Of a stretch of DNA of 64,000 nucleotides, positions 53,780 through 64,000 are shown one piece after another. The notes under the pieces were generated by a model. That model saw only the letters and a program-made list of their open reading frames with translations, was not told the origin of the DNA and made no database searches. Both the position numbers and the translations under genes were made by a program. Source of the DNA: Candidatus Omnitrophota bacterium (GTDB lineage: Bacteria > Omnitrophota > Gorgyraeia > Gygaellales > Profunditerraquicolaceae). Every line of letters starts with the position of its first letter. The stretch's first letter is position 1. The stretch is from contig JALOQK010000001.1 in the NCBI GenBank assembly GCA_025453395.1, forward strand, positions 74,244 to 138,243, given 5' to 3'.

Positions 53780-55174
53780 TTACTGGAGCAATACTTCTTC
53801 GCCCTTAGCCGGCAAGTAAGCGCTTATGCCTTTTTGGGTTAAAGCCTGAAAAAAACCCTGCGACTGCTCCTCTTCACCGTGCACTAAGAACACCTTTTTC
53901 AAAGGAAGACATGCAGATACAAAATCCATAAGCTCGCCTTGATCGGCGTGCCCGGAAAAAGCATTTATAACCACAACCTCCGCGTTTAACTGATACTCAG
54001 AGCCATAAATTTTCACATATTCCTGTTTATCAACTATCCTTCTTCCTAAAGTATCTTTTGCCATATAGCCCACAACAAGTATAGTGTTGCGCGCATCTTC
54101 AATATTATTCTTCAAGTGGTGTAATACTCTTCCTGATTCACACATGCCGCTTCCAGCAATAATGATCATCGGCCGGTCGTCATTATTCAGGGATTTTGAT
54201 TCCTTCTGGTCGCGCACATAACGTAAATTCAAGAATTCAAAGGGGCTTCTGCCGGAACTTATCGCAAAACGCGCCTCTTTATTCAAATAAGCAAGCTGCT
54301 TAGAAAAAACCTGCGTAATATCTGTTGCCAAGGGGCTGTCCACGTAAACCGGGACAACAGGGATCTGTTTCTTCTCTAAAAGCTCATTTAAGAAATAAAT
54401 CACTTCTTGCGCGCGCTCAAGCGAAAAAGAAGGAATGATGACCTTGCCCTTGCGCGCGATAGTGCGGTTAATGACTTCCTTTAACTTCCCCTGGGCCTGA
54501 TCAATGGGCGTGTGGCTCTTAGCGCCATAGGTAGTTTCAAGGATAAGATAATCTAAATTCTTGGGGATTACCGGATCCTCTAATAACGGCAAGCCTCTTC
54601 TTCCCAAATCCACGGCACAACCAATGCGCAAATTCCCGGCTTCATCTTTAACATCTAAAACAATAATCCCTGACCCTAAGATATGCCCGGCATTAAAAAA
54701 AGTCAAAAAAACATTCTTGGCAATGCACAGCCTTTGATTATAGGAAAGCGGATGAAATTTAGAAGCGGCTTTCGAAGCTTCTCTGCGGTTATATAATGGC
54801 TTGCGGATACTGCCGCCGAAACGCCTGCCGATCTTATTCAAATACCGCGCATCTTCTTCCTGGATCTTCCCGGAATCTTCAAGCATCAGGCTTGCTAAAG
54901 CCTTAGTGGCATGGGTAGAATAGATACGGCTTTTCAAACCGTTCTTGACTACCGTAGGGATATTACCGCAATGGTCAATATGCGCGTGAGAGACAACCAC
55001 AGCGTTTATCTTGTGCGGATTATAAGAAAGGCTGGTATTTACCGCGTAAGACTCATCGCGGCGGCCGTGAAAAAGCCCGGCATCAAGTAAAACCTGGGAC
55101 CTGCCGGAAGTCACAAGATGCGACGAACCGGTCACTGTCCTTACCCCGCCCATAAATCTTATAGTTACAGCCAT
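53780..55174 (-). CDS. MBL-fold beta-CASP ribonuclease (RNase J / CPSF73-like RNA-metabolising metallo-beta-lactamase)
   Basis: IRFMGGVRTVTGSSHLV...LLDAGLFHG N-terminus, HAHIDHCG metal motif, beta-CASP region. Start placed at MAVTIRF; the longer ORF extends to 55219. Confidence 0.75.
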   Translation of the reverse strand: MAVTIRFMGGVRTVTGSSHLVTSGRSQVLLDAGLFHGRRDESYAVNTSLSYNPHKINAVVVSHAHIDHCGNIPTVVKNGLKSRIYSTHATKALASLMLEDSGKIQEEDARYLNKIGRRFGGSIRKPLYNRREASKAASKFHPLSYNQRLCIAKNVFLTFFNAGHILGSGIIVLDVKDEAGNLRIGCAVDLGRRGLPLLEDPVIPKNLDYLILETTYGAKSHTPIDQAQGKLKEVINRTIARKGKVIIPSFSLERAQEVIYFLNELLEKKQIPVVPVYVDSPLATDITQVFSKQLAYLNKEARFAISSGRSPFEFLNLRYVRDQKESKSLNNDDRPMIIIAGSGMCESGRVLHHLKNNIEDARNTILVVGYMAKDTLGRRIVDKQEYVKIYGSEYQLNAEVVVINAFSGHADQGELMDFVSACLPLKKVFLVHGEEEQSQGFFQALTQKGISAYLPAKGEEVLLQ

Positions 55175-55175
55175 A

Positions 55176-56834
55176 TTAGATATCGTAGGTTGAATAAAAA
55201 TAAGGAGTGTACGCTTCAAACTCTGCGGCGCAGGTGTCTACTAATTTAAATGATGGGACAACCCCTAAAGATTTGCGCAGAACACAGATTTCTTCTTCGC
55301 TTTTGCCAACTAATTCCCCAAGCTGCTTATCGCTAAAACCGTATTCCTTGGCCTTTAAAATAAGTTCTTTATCCAAGGTATTTGCCGACGATATTTCTTT
55401 TTCGAATTGGATAATTTGCTTAATATTATGTATAAACCAGGGGTCTATTTGGGTTAATTCATGGATTTTACTTTCATCCACTCCGGCACGCAAAGCATCT
55501 CCGATATAAAATATCCTCTCGGCGTAAGGCACTCTTATTTTATCATAAATAGTCTTTAAGGCTTCCGCGGACGGATTAATATCTTTTGCCCCCTTAAAAA
55601 GAATGCTCTCCAGGCCGGATTTCTTAATTTCAAGCGAACGCAAGCCTTTTTGCAAGGCCTCCTTAAAAGTCCTTCCAATAGCCATCGCCTCGCCCACGGA
55701 TTTCATAGAAATATTAAGCCTGGGGTCGGCCTTAGCAAATTTCTCAAAAGTAAAACGCGGTATTTTCACCACGCAATAATCAATGGACGGCTCAAAACAA
55801 GCTGGAGTCTGTTTAGTAATGTCATTGGGAATTTCATCAAGGGTATACCCGACAGAAAGTTTGGCCGCGATCTTAGCGATAGGAAAACCCGTTGCCTTAG
55901 AGGCAAGCGCGGAGCTTCGCGACACCCGCGGGTTCATTTCAATGACCACCATTCTTCCAGTTGCGGGATGCACGGCGAATTGTATATTTGAACCGCCTGT
56001 CTCAACGCCGATTTCCCGAATACAAGCTATGGCAGCGTCACGCATCTTTTGATATTCTTTATCGGTTAAGGTCTGGGCTGGCGCAACCGTAATACTATCC
56101 CCGGTATGCACACCCATGGGGTCAAGATTCTCAATGGAACAAATGATAACCACATTATCTTTGGTATCGCGCATAACCTCAAGCTCAAATTCCTTCCAGC
56201 CTAAAACCGATTCTTCGACAAGTATTTCGCTTATCATGCTTGCTTCCAAGCCTGTGCGCGCCAGGCCTTTGAACTCTTCCATGCTATAAGCAATGCTTCC
56301 GCCCGTGCCCCCCAATGTAAAACTAGGCCGGATAATTATTGGGAACCCTATCTTCTTGGCTATTGCAAGGGCTTCTTCAATATTGTAGGCAAGCCCGCTC
56401 TTGGGAAGATCAAGCCCGATTTTCTCCATTGCCTGTTTAAAAAGTTTTCTGTCTTCGGCTTTCTTAATCGCCTTGATGTTAGCTCCGATAACTTCCACTT
56501 TATATTTCTTTAAGACGCCTTTCTCTGCTAAACCAACTGCGGTATTCAAAGCTGTCTGCCCGCCAAGCGTGGGCAGAAGCGCGTCAGGCAATTCCTTGGC
56601 AATAATTTTCTCCACCATCTCCACAGTGATCGGCTCAATATAAGTTTTATCCGCCATCTGCGGATCAGTCATGATCGTGGCCGGATTAGAATTAACCAGG
56701 ATTACTTTGTATCCTTCCTGCCTTAGAACCTTGCAGGCTTGAGTGCCGGAATAATCAAATTCACAGGCCTGGCCGATAACAATCGGGCCGGAGCCGATAA
56801 TCATGATTTTCTTAATGTCTGTGCGTTTGGGCAT
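55176..56834 (-). CDS. carB: Carbamoyl-phosphate synthase large subunit, N-terminal half only (split carB: first ATP-grasp plus oligomerisation domain)
   Basis: [25 protein letters not shown] start; ends ...[24 protein letters not shown], exactly where full-length CarB begins its second ATP-grasp domain. No second half in any frame downstream. Confidence 0.8.
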   Translation of the reverse strand: MPKRTDIKKIMIIGSGPIVIGQACEFDYSGTQACKVLRQEGYKVILVNSNPATIMTDPQMADKTYIEPITVEMVEKIIAKELPDALLPTLGGQTALNTAVGLAEKGVLKKYKVEVIGANIKAIKKAEDRKLFKQAMEKIGLDLPKSGLAYNIEEALAIAKKIGFPIIIRPSFTLGGTGGSIAYSMEEFKGLARTGLEASMISEILVEESVLGWKEFELEVMRDTKDNVVIICSIENLDPMGVHTGDSITVAPAQTLTDKEYQKMRDAAIACIREIGVETGGSNIQFAVHPATGRMVVIEMNPRVSRSSALASKATGFPIAKIAAKLSVGYTLDEIPNDITKQTPACFEPSIDYCVVKIPRFTFEKFAKADPRLNISMKSVGEAMAIGRTFKEALQKGLRSLEIKKSGLESILFKGAKDINPSAEALKTIYDKIRVPYAERIFYIGDALRAGVDESKIHELTQIDPWFIHNIKQIIQFEKEISSANTLDKELILKAKEYGFSDKQLGELVGKSEEEICVLRKSLGVVPSFKLVDTCAAEFEAYTPYFYSTYDI

Positions 56835-56840
56835 ATTAAA

Positions 56841-56942
56841 AGTGTAAAATTAAAAGCGCAAAGCGTAAAATTAAAATTCAAAACTAAGAATTTTGAGCTT
56901 TAAATTATGGTTTTTAGTTTTTCGCTTTTCGTTTTTCGCTCT
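56841..56942. repeat. Family B heptamer palindrome, copy 6
   Basis: gtgtaaaattaaaagcgcaaagcgtaaaattaaaattcaaaactaagaattttgagctttaaattatggtttttagtttttcgcttttcgtttttcgctc. Confidence 0.75.
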
Positions 56943-58032
56943 CCATTATTCTTGTAAACTCCTTAAAAAGATAGCGCGCGTCGTGCGGACCGGGCCCCGC
57001 CTCTGGATGAAACTGCACACTAAAAACCGGAAGCTTCTTGTGGCGCATACCCTCTAAAGTCTTATCATTTAAATTAATGTGGGTTAATTCAACTTCTTTC
57101 TTATTTAAAGTATCCATGTCCACGCAAAAACCATGATTCTGCACAGAGATAGAGACCTTCCCTGTTTTTAAATCTTTTACCGGATGGTTGCCTCCATGAT
57201 GGCCGAATTTAAGCTTAAAGGTCTTGCCTCCTAAGGCCTGCCCCAACATCTGATGCCCCAGGCAAATCCCAAAGATCGGGATCTTCCCCAACAACTCTTT
57301 TGTGGTATTAACCACATACGGAACAGCTGATGGGTCTCCGGGCCCATTTGATAAAAGCACTCCTTGGATTTTAAGCTTAAGGATATCACCCGACGGTGTT
57401 TTGGCCGGAACAACTGTAACCCGGCAATCATTTTCTTCTAAACAACGCAGGATATTATATTTTACCCCGCAGTCTAAGACTGCCACGTGGTATTTGCCAT
57501 TTTTATTCCAAACATATTCAGCTTTAGGCTGGACTTCTTTTACTAGATCTATTCCCTCTAAACCTTTTGATTTTTTTGCTTTTTCTACAAGGCTTTCTTT
57601 ATTAAGGTCAACAGTAGAAACAACACAACGCATGGCGCCGGTTTTACGTATATGAAGCGTTAGCTTGCGGGTATCCACGCCTTCAATGCCGATGATATTG
57701 TTTTTTTTCATATAATCTGGAAGGCTCTCTGAAGCTCTCCAATTGCTGGTAATTTTACTGACCTCTTTTACCACAACAGCCTCAAGAAACGGCTTACGCG
57801 ATTCGGCATCCTCAATATTCACCCCGTAATTACCGATCAGAGGATAAGTCATTACCACAATTTGGCCCTTATAAGAAGGATCGGTAATAATTTCCTGATA
57901 ACCGGTAAGGCTAGTATTGAATACCGCTTCTCCATAAGCTTCGCCTTCTGCGCCAAAAGAATACCCGCACAGGACCGTGCCATCTTCAAGGGCGATCATC
58001 GCCCTTTTTAATTTATCGCTTGGATTTGCCAT
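56914..58032 (-). CDS. carA: Carbamoyl-phosphate synthase small (glutaminase) subunit
   Basis: GICLGHQMLG class-I amidotransferase Cys and a CarA-specific N-domain; 372 aa. Confidence 0.9.
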   Translation of the reverse strand: MANPSDKLKRAMIALEDGTVLCGYSFGAEGEAYGEAVFNTSLTGYQEIITDPSYKGQIVVMTYPLIGNYGVNIEDAESRKPFLEAVVVKEVSKITSNWRASESLPDYMKKNNIIGIEGVDTRKLTLHIRKTGAMRCVVSTVDLNKESLVEKAKKSKGLEGIDLVKEVQPKAEYVWNKNGKYHVAVLDCGVKYNILRCLEENDCRVTVVPAKTPSGDILKLKIQGVLLSNGPGDPSAVPYVVNTTKELLGKIPIFGICLGHQMLGQALGGKTFKLKFGHHGGNHPVKDLKTGKVSISVQNHGFCVDMDTLNKKEVELTHINLNDKTLEGMRHKKLPVFSVQFHPEAGPGPHDARYLFKEFTRIMESEKRKAKN

Positions 58033-58037
58033 CTTTA

Positions 58038-59561
58038 TTATTCCTCAACAAAAAGATTGCGGGATGAAAACTCTCCGTCAGTGGTAAGGTTTACTCCCAG
58101 ACGCTTTAATCCAACATCATCCCCGGGGGTGGGGATATGAGTCATATGCAATTCGCATTTATTTAAATCCGCTAATTTATTCATCGCCAACTCTGCCGTA
58201 TGGTTAGTAGTCGCACTTATAGCCAGGGCGATCAATGCCTCTTCCAAATCCAGGCTCTCTGATTCCGTGCCTAGTATATCCTTCTTAAGCTTGGATATTT
58301 GCTTAATTACCTGCGGCGAAAGAAGAAGAATTTCATCCGGGATATTAGCTAACAGCTTAAGCGCGTTTAAAATCAGGCTTGATGCCGCGTGCATCAAATG
58401 AGAATTCTTTCCAGTAATAATTTTCCCATTTGGCAACTGCATAGCTGCCCCGCAATAGACCCCAAAATTACCCTTGCCCTTGCCTTCTGCTTCTTGCGCT
58501 GCCTTGCGGGCAACTTCTACTACCGGCCGATCAACGACTTTTACCTGCAACTCTTCCATTAATGCGGCGACTCTATCAACCGCTGATTTTTTTTCAATCC
58601 CCATCAAATATTCGCTATTATACCTGAAATACCTGCGGATCAATTCCTGACGCGAAGCTTCCCGCACCAAACTGTCGTCCACGATCCCGAATCCGGCGCG
58701 GTTGACCCCCATATCTGTGGGAGAATTATACATCGGAGCGCTGGAACTTCCGCTTGAGATGCGGCTTAAGATAAGCTTTAAAATCGGAAAACATTCCACG
58801 TCTCGGTTATAATTTATCGCGGTCTTGTTATATGTGCTTAAATGGAACGGATCAACTAAATTAAAATCCAATATATCGGCAGTTGCCGCCTCATAAGCAA
58901 CATTGACCGGATGTTTTAAAGGAAGGTTCCAAATCGGGAATGTCTCAAATTTAGCGTAACCGGCGTTTATGCCTCTTTTATGCTCATGATAAAGCTGGGA
59001 AAGGCATACCGAAAGTTTTCCGCTATTTGGCCCGGGAGCAGTAACCACAACAATGGGTTTCTTTGTGGCAATATAATCATTCTTGCCAAGACCCCTCTCG
59101 CTTACCACATAGTCCACATTCGTAGGGTATCCATCAATTGGATAATGCAAATAAACTTTAACATTTCTTCTCTCCAGCTTATTCTTAAAGATAATTGCGG
59201 CATGCTGATTGGCAAAACGGGTGATCACCACTGATGAAATATCCAGCCCCCACTTTCTTAGATCATCGATAAGCTTGAAGGTGGCCGCGTCGTAGGTGAT
59301 CCCGAAATCTCCGCGCACCCTGCCGCGCTCAATATCTGCGGCATAGATACAAAGCACAATTTCAATCTTATCTTTGAGTAACTGCAGAAGGCGGATTTTT
59401 ACATTGGGATCATACCCGGGCAAAACCCGCGCGGCATGGTAGTCAAAACAAAGCTTGCCCCCAAATTCAAGATAAAGCTTATTGCCGAATTTACTTACCC
59501 TCTCGGTAATCGCAGAAGTCTGCTCTTCAAGGTATTTCTCGTTATCAAAACCGTTTTTCAT
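58038..59561 (-). CDS. DUF1846/UPF0371-family protein (about 500 aa, unknown function)
   Basis: N-terminus GFDNEKYL...LYLEFGGKL...DYHAARVLPGYDPN recalled as the UPF0371 signature. No catalytic motif assignable. Confidence 0.5.
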   Translation of the reverse strand: MKNGFDNEKYLEEQTSAITERVSKFGNKLYLEFGGKLCFDYHAARVLPGYDPNVKIRLLQLLKDKIEIVLCIYAADIERGRVRGDFGITYDAATFKLIDDLRKWGLDISSVVITRFANQHAAIIFKNKLERRNVKVYLHYPIDGYPTNVDYVVSERGLGKNDYIATKKPIVVVTAPGPNSGKLSVCLSQLYHEHKRGINAGYAKFETFPIWNLPLKHPVNVAYEAATADILDFNLVDPFHLSTYNKTAINYNRDVECFPILKLILSRISSGSSSAPMYNSPTDMGVNRAGFGIVDDSLVREASRQELIRRYFRYNSEYLMGIEKKSAVDRVAALMEELQVKVVDRPVVEVARKAAQEAEGKGKGNFGVYCGAAMQLPNGKIITGKNSHLMHAASSLILNALKLLANIPDEILLLSPQVIKQISKLKKDILGTESESLDLEEALIALAISATTNHTAELAMNKLADLNKCELHMTHIPTPGDDVGLKRLGVNLTTDGEFSSRNLFVEE

Positions 59562-59605
59562 ATGGCGGTTATTATATTATAGGAGGCTGGCTTTGTAAAG
59601 GCATA

Positions 59606-60703
59606 TCATTGGCGGGCTTTTTCAATAATCCCTCCCCCTAAAACCGAATCCCGCAGGTAAAAAACAACTGACTGTCCGGGGGTAATAGACATCTGCGGCT
59701 TGTCAAAAACAACCCTTGCCATATTTTTATCTTGCGCAATAACCGTGCAAGGCTGTTCTGGATGGCGAAAACGTAATTTGGCTTTAGCTTTTATCTTACT
59801 GGGCAGTTTTAAATTAGAGATCCAATTGACATCTTTAGCAATCAAAAAGCGGGAAAAAAGTTCGTCTTTTTTGCCGGCAATTACTTTATTTTTACAGGCA
59901 TCAAGCCCCACAACATAAAAGGGCTCTTTTAGGCCTCCGATATTCAAACCTTTGCGCTGCCCAATAGTATAATAAACGATCCCCCTGTGCTTGCCGATTA
60001 CTTTTCCTGAAGTATCCACAATTTCACCCGGGTAAATCTTATTCTTTGGGAAAAAAGCCGAAAAATCATCGCCTTCGTAGAAATCCTGGCTTTCCGGTTT
60101 CTCTACAAAATCCTTAAGGCCGATTTCCATGGCCAGCTTCTTGACCTGTTTCTTGAGAAACCCGCCCAGCGGAAATATTGTTTTTCTAAGCTGCTGTTGT
60201 TTCAAGCGATAGAGAAAATAGGTCTGATCTTTTTCTGGATCAAGGCTTTTCTTAAGTAAATACCTTTTAGTTTTCCGGTCAAACTCTATACGCGCGTAAT
60301 GCCCGGTAGCGAATAAATCAAAATCAATCCCCAGCTTATCCGCCTTATCCAGTAATAACCCGAATTTGATCTTCTGATTACAAACAATGCAGGGATTAGG
60401 GGTTTTACCGGATAAATATTCTTTTGAGAAATACCCTAAGACTAACTTTTTATATTCATCCTTGAGATTTACTACATAATGCGGAATTCCAATTTTTTCG
60501 GCAGCTTTTTGCGCGTCCAAAATATCTTTGCCTTCGCCAGGGCCGTAACATCCGCTTTTTATAAAATCCCCCGAAGATGAAGCATCATCCCAGATTTTCA
60601 TGGTGATGCCTTTTACATCATACCCCTGTTCTTTAAGCAAATACGCGGCGATTGTGGAATCTACTCCTCCGCTTAAGGCGGCTAATACTTTCTTTTTTTT
60701 CAT
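59606..60703 (-). CDS. mnmA: tRNA-specific 2-thiouridylase MnmA
   Basis: VLAALSGGVDSTIAAYLL PP-loop and the catalytic Cys region CIVCN; 365 aa. Confidence 0.85.
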   Translation of the reverse strand: MKKKKVLAALSGGVDSTIAAYLLKEQGYDVKGITMKIWDDASSSGDFIKSGCYGPGEGKDILDAQKAAEKIGIPHYVVNLKDEYKKLVLGYFSKEYLSGKTPNPCIVCNQKIKFGLLLDKADKLGIDFDLFATGHYARIEFDRKTKRYLLKKSLDPEKDQTYFLYRLKQQQLRKTIFPLGGFLKKQVKKLAMEIGLKDFVEKPESQDFYEGDDFSAFFPKNKIYPGEIVDTSGKVIGKHRGIVYYTIGQRKGLNIGGLKEPFYVVGLDACKNKVIAGKKDELFSRFLIAKDVNWISNLKLPSKIKAKAKLRFRHPEQPCTVIAQDKNMARVVFDKPQMSITPGQSVVFYLRDSVLGGGIIEKARQ

Positions 60704-61680
60704 AAATTAGCTCCGGAAACAATTGTGCGGCCCAAGGCGCGCGCCATTTTCTCTACGCATCCGCGGCAACGAAGCGCATCTTCACTAATACAAATCTTAT
60801 CCGGATAGATCTGGTAGAGCTTTCTGTATTTAGCGTCAGTAATATTGGGCATTAAAACATTCGCTCCGCAGGCTAATGCCTTTTGCCTGCCCAAGGCGTC
60901 AATTGTCCCAACAGCAGTAGTTGCCGGAATATTTGTGTTCTTGGTAACAATTCTAGTTAAAGCCAATACCTTCAAGACTTTTTCCAGTGTTCCGGTTTTA
61001 TTTCTTGCTAAAGGCGTGTGAGGATGCGGGATAAAAGGCCCTACGCCGATCATGTCCAATTTAAACTTCTTAAAAAGCATGATATCATCGGCCAAACTTT
61101 CATCAGTTTGCCCGGGCAAACCCACCATAACTCCGGATCCGGTTTCAAAACCTAACCTTTTTAGATTCTTCAAACAAGAAAGCCTCGTAGACAACAAACA
61201 CCCGGGCTTTAATTTTTTGTAGAGTTTCGGGTCAGATGTTTCAAACCTTAGCAAATACCTGTCTGCGCCGGCTTTACGCAATTTCTTATAGTCTGCGTAA
61301 GAACACTCGCCGATAGATAAAGTAACAACCAACCCCAATTTCTTTATTTCCCTAATTAAAGCACAAAGCTTATCTATTTTATACCAAGGGTCTTCCCCGG
61401 ACTGCAAAACAACTGTAGGAATTTTTAAATCTTTGGCTTTAATAGCGTGCCTGAAGATTTCCGGATAATCCATGCGGTAGCGCTTAAGATTTTTGTTATC
61501 TCTTCTTAAACCGCAATAAGCGCAATTTCTCTTGCAGTAATTGGAAAATTCAATGATCCCGCGCAAGTGTATTGCATCCCCCACAAAATCCTTGCGCGCT
61601 TGATCCGCGCGAGAAAATAATTGATCAATATCGTGCTTCTTGTCGGAATTTAGAAAAGAAAAGATTTCTTCTTTATTCAT
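60700..61680 (-). CDS. hydE: Radical SAM protein, HydE/BioB family ([FeFe]-hydrogenase maturase HydE-like)
   Basis: CKRNCAYCGLRRDN (CxxxCxYCGLR) is the HydE-type radical SAM motif, as opposed to BioB CxxxCxYCPQ. No hydG/hydF/hydA in window. Confidence 0.5.
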   Translation of the reverse strand: MNKEEIFSFLNSDKKHDIDQLFSRADQARKDFVGDAIHLRGIIEFSNYCKRNCAYCGLRRDNKNLKRYRMDYPEIFRHAIKAKDLKIPTVVLQSGEDPWYKIDKLCALIREIKKLGLVVTLSIGECSYADYKKLRKAGADRYLLRFETSDPKLYKKLKPGCLLSTRLSCLKNLKRLGFETGSGVMVGLPGQTDESLADDIMLFKKFKLDMIGVGPFIPHPHTPLARNKTGTLEKVLKVLALTRIVTKNTNIPATTAVGTIDALGRQKALACGANVLMPNITDAKYRKLYQIYPDKICISEDALRCRGCVEKMARALGRTIVSGANL

Positions 61681-61716
61681 CTGATGGGCCCTTTTTCTAC
61701 ATAATACCATGGAAAC

Positions 61717-63425
<1,709 letters not shown>

Positions 63426-63568
63426 GGGAAATAAAAAAACGTTTAGCGCCGATACTTCGGCCACCAAACGCCGCTGTTTTATAATCTTTTAAGAAACTCG
63501 CCCTTGAGCCTCTTCTTAAGTATTAATATAGCACTGCCCTAGACAAATGTCAAGCTCCAGAGGACAAT

Positions 63569-64000
63569 TTATTCATATCCATACCTGTTAATAAACCAAC
63601 CCTTAACAGCTTGCACCGTAAACAAGTAACCTGCTACAATAATTAATAGGGCAATAAAATAGGTTGGCGCAGGCGCCACAAAACCAAAATATTTCCCAAG
63701 CGGAATAAATGGAAGTATCAAACCTATTGTCACAATATAAATAGAAGTAAATATCAGGAACTGGCTAGGTCTACTTTCTGCAAAAGGGATTTTTCCCGTG
63801 CGTATAACATGAATTACCAATGTCTGCGTGCAAAGAGATTCCAGAAACCATCCGGTCTGGAAGAATGCTGCGTTGGCGTGGAAGATAAACCATAAAGTCC
63901 CGAAGGTTATATAATCAAAAAATGAGCTTACCGGGCCGATAAAAACCATAAATCTCTTAATATAGTTCACGTTCCATGCCCTTGACTTTAAAAGATACTC
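63569..64000 (-). CDS. mgtA: Mg2+-importing P-type ATPase, C-terminal part (gene continues beyond window end)
   Basis: LESLCTQTLVIHVIRTGKIPFAESRPS ... VKGWFINRYGY matches the MgtA C-terminal TM9-10 region (QTLIVHMIRT..IPF..S). N-terminus truncated by the window. Confidence 0.75.
   Translation of the reverse strand, partial: EYLLKSRAWNVNYIKRFMVFIGPVSSFFDYITFGTLWFIFHANAAFFQTGWFLESLCTQTLVIHVIRTGKIPFAESRPSQFLIFTSIYIVTIGLILPFIPLGKYFGFVAPAPTYFIALLIIVAGYLFTVQAVKGWFINRYGYE

Noticed and set aside
55207-55509. + strand ORFs inside carB/carA/ilv genes (many 60-120 aa)
   Set aside because: Antisense to long, well-conserved genes; typical spurious ORFs.

Overview
This 64-kb window is a low-GC (roughly 40%), very compact, almost entirely minus-strand-coded stretch of a bacterial chromosome. 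The gene content points to an anaerobic, probably diderm, uncultivated lineage.

Recognisable housekeeping content:
- tRNA-Gln, SpoVG, IspE, split transketolase and HisG.
- A minor type IV pilin operon ending in a 979-aa PilX-like protein.
- Ferredoxin, a ferritin-like protein, pyruvate:ferredoxin oxidoreductase genes porGDAB and a MetE-like protein.
- YbaB, TlpA, CcdA, CutA, PgeF, RmuC and TtcA.
- A tightly packed ilvD / ilvBHC-leuA-aroE-pilD-malQ block, then fba-pfkA, ahcY and metK.
- A regulatory PTS cluster ptsN-yvcK-ptsH-ptsI.
- A tRNA-Lys/Leu/Gly cluster next to frr-pyrH-tsf-rpsB.
- msbA-like, lpxB, rpmA, a beta-CASP RNase, a split carB (N-terminal half only) with carA, a DUF1846 protein, mnmA, a HydE-like radical SAM gene, pyrG and the 3' end of mgtA.

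What stands out is not a single operon but the intergenic architecture. Almost every gap larger than about 60 bp is occupied by one of several interspersed repeat families:
- AT-rich palindromes built from 7-mers (GCGTAAA/TTTACGC).
- A 120-130 bp element with a G/T-rich arm followed by a C/A-rich arm.
- A 22-28 bp perfect GC palindrome (GCCTGCCTGCCGGCAGGCAGGC).
- 'ttggttatt' palindromes.
- YCAGC heptad repeats.
- GGGGACGGTTC terminator hairpins, one with a triplicated arm.
- A 3x tandem 41-bp hairpin array in front of ptsN.

The clearest accessory locus is a roughly 2-kb segment at 22581-24634. It is bounded by 20-bp perfect direct repeats and holds two small membrane proteins plus a BrnT/BrnA toxin-antitoxin pair, with a standalone NUMOD3 (homing-endonuclease DNA-binding) mini-protein just outside.

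Other oddities are a SpoVG with an inserted double zinc ribbon, a YvcK with an N-terminal membrane anchor, and two GC hairpins in the pyrG leader that sequester the ribosome-binding site. No CRISPR array, rRNA, integrase or transposase was seen.
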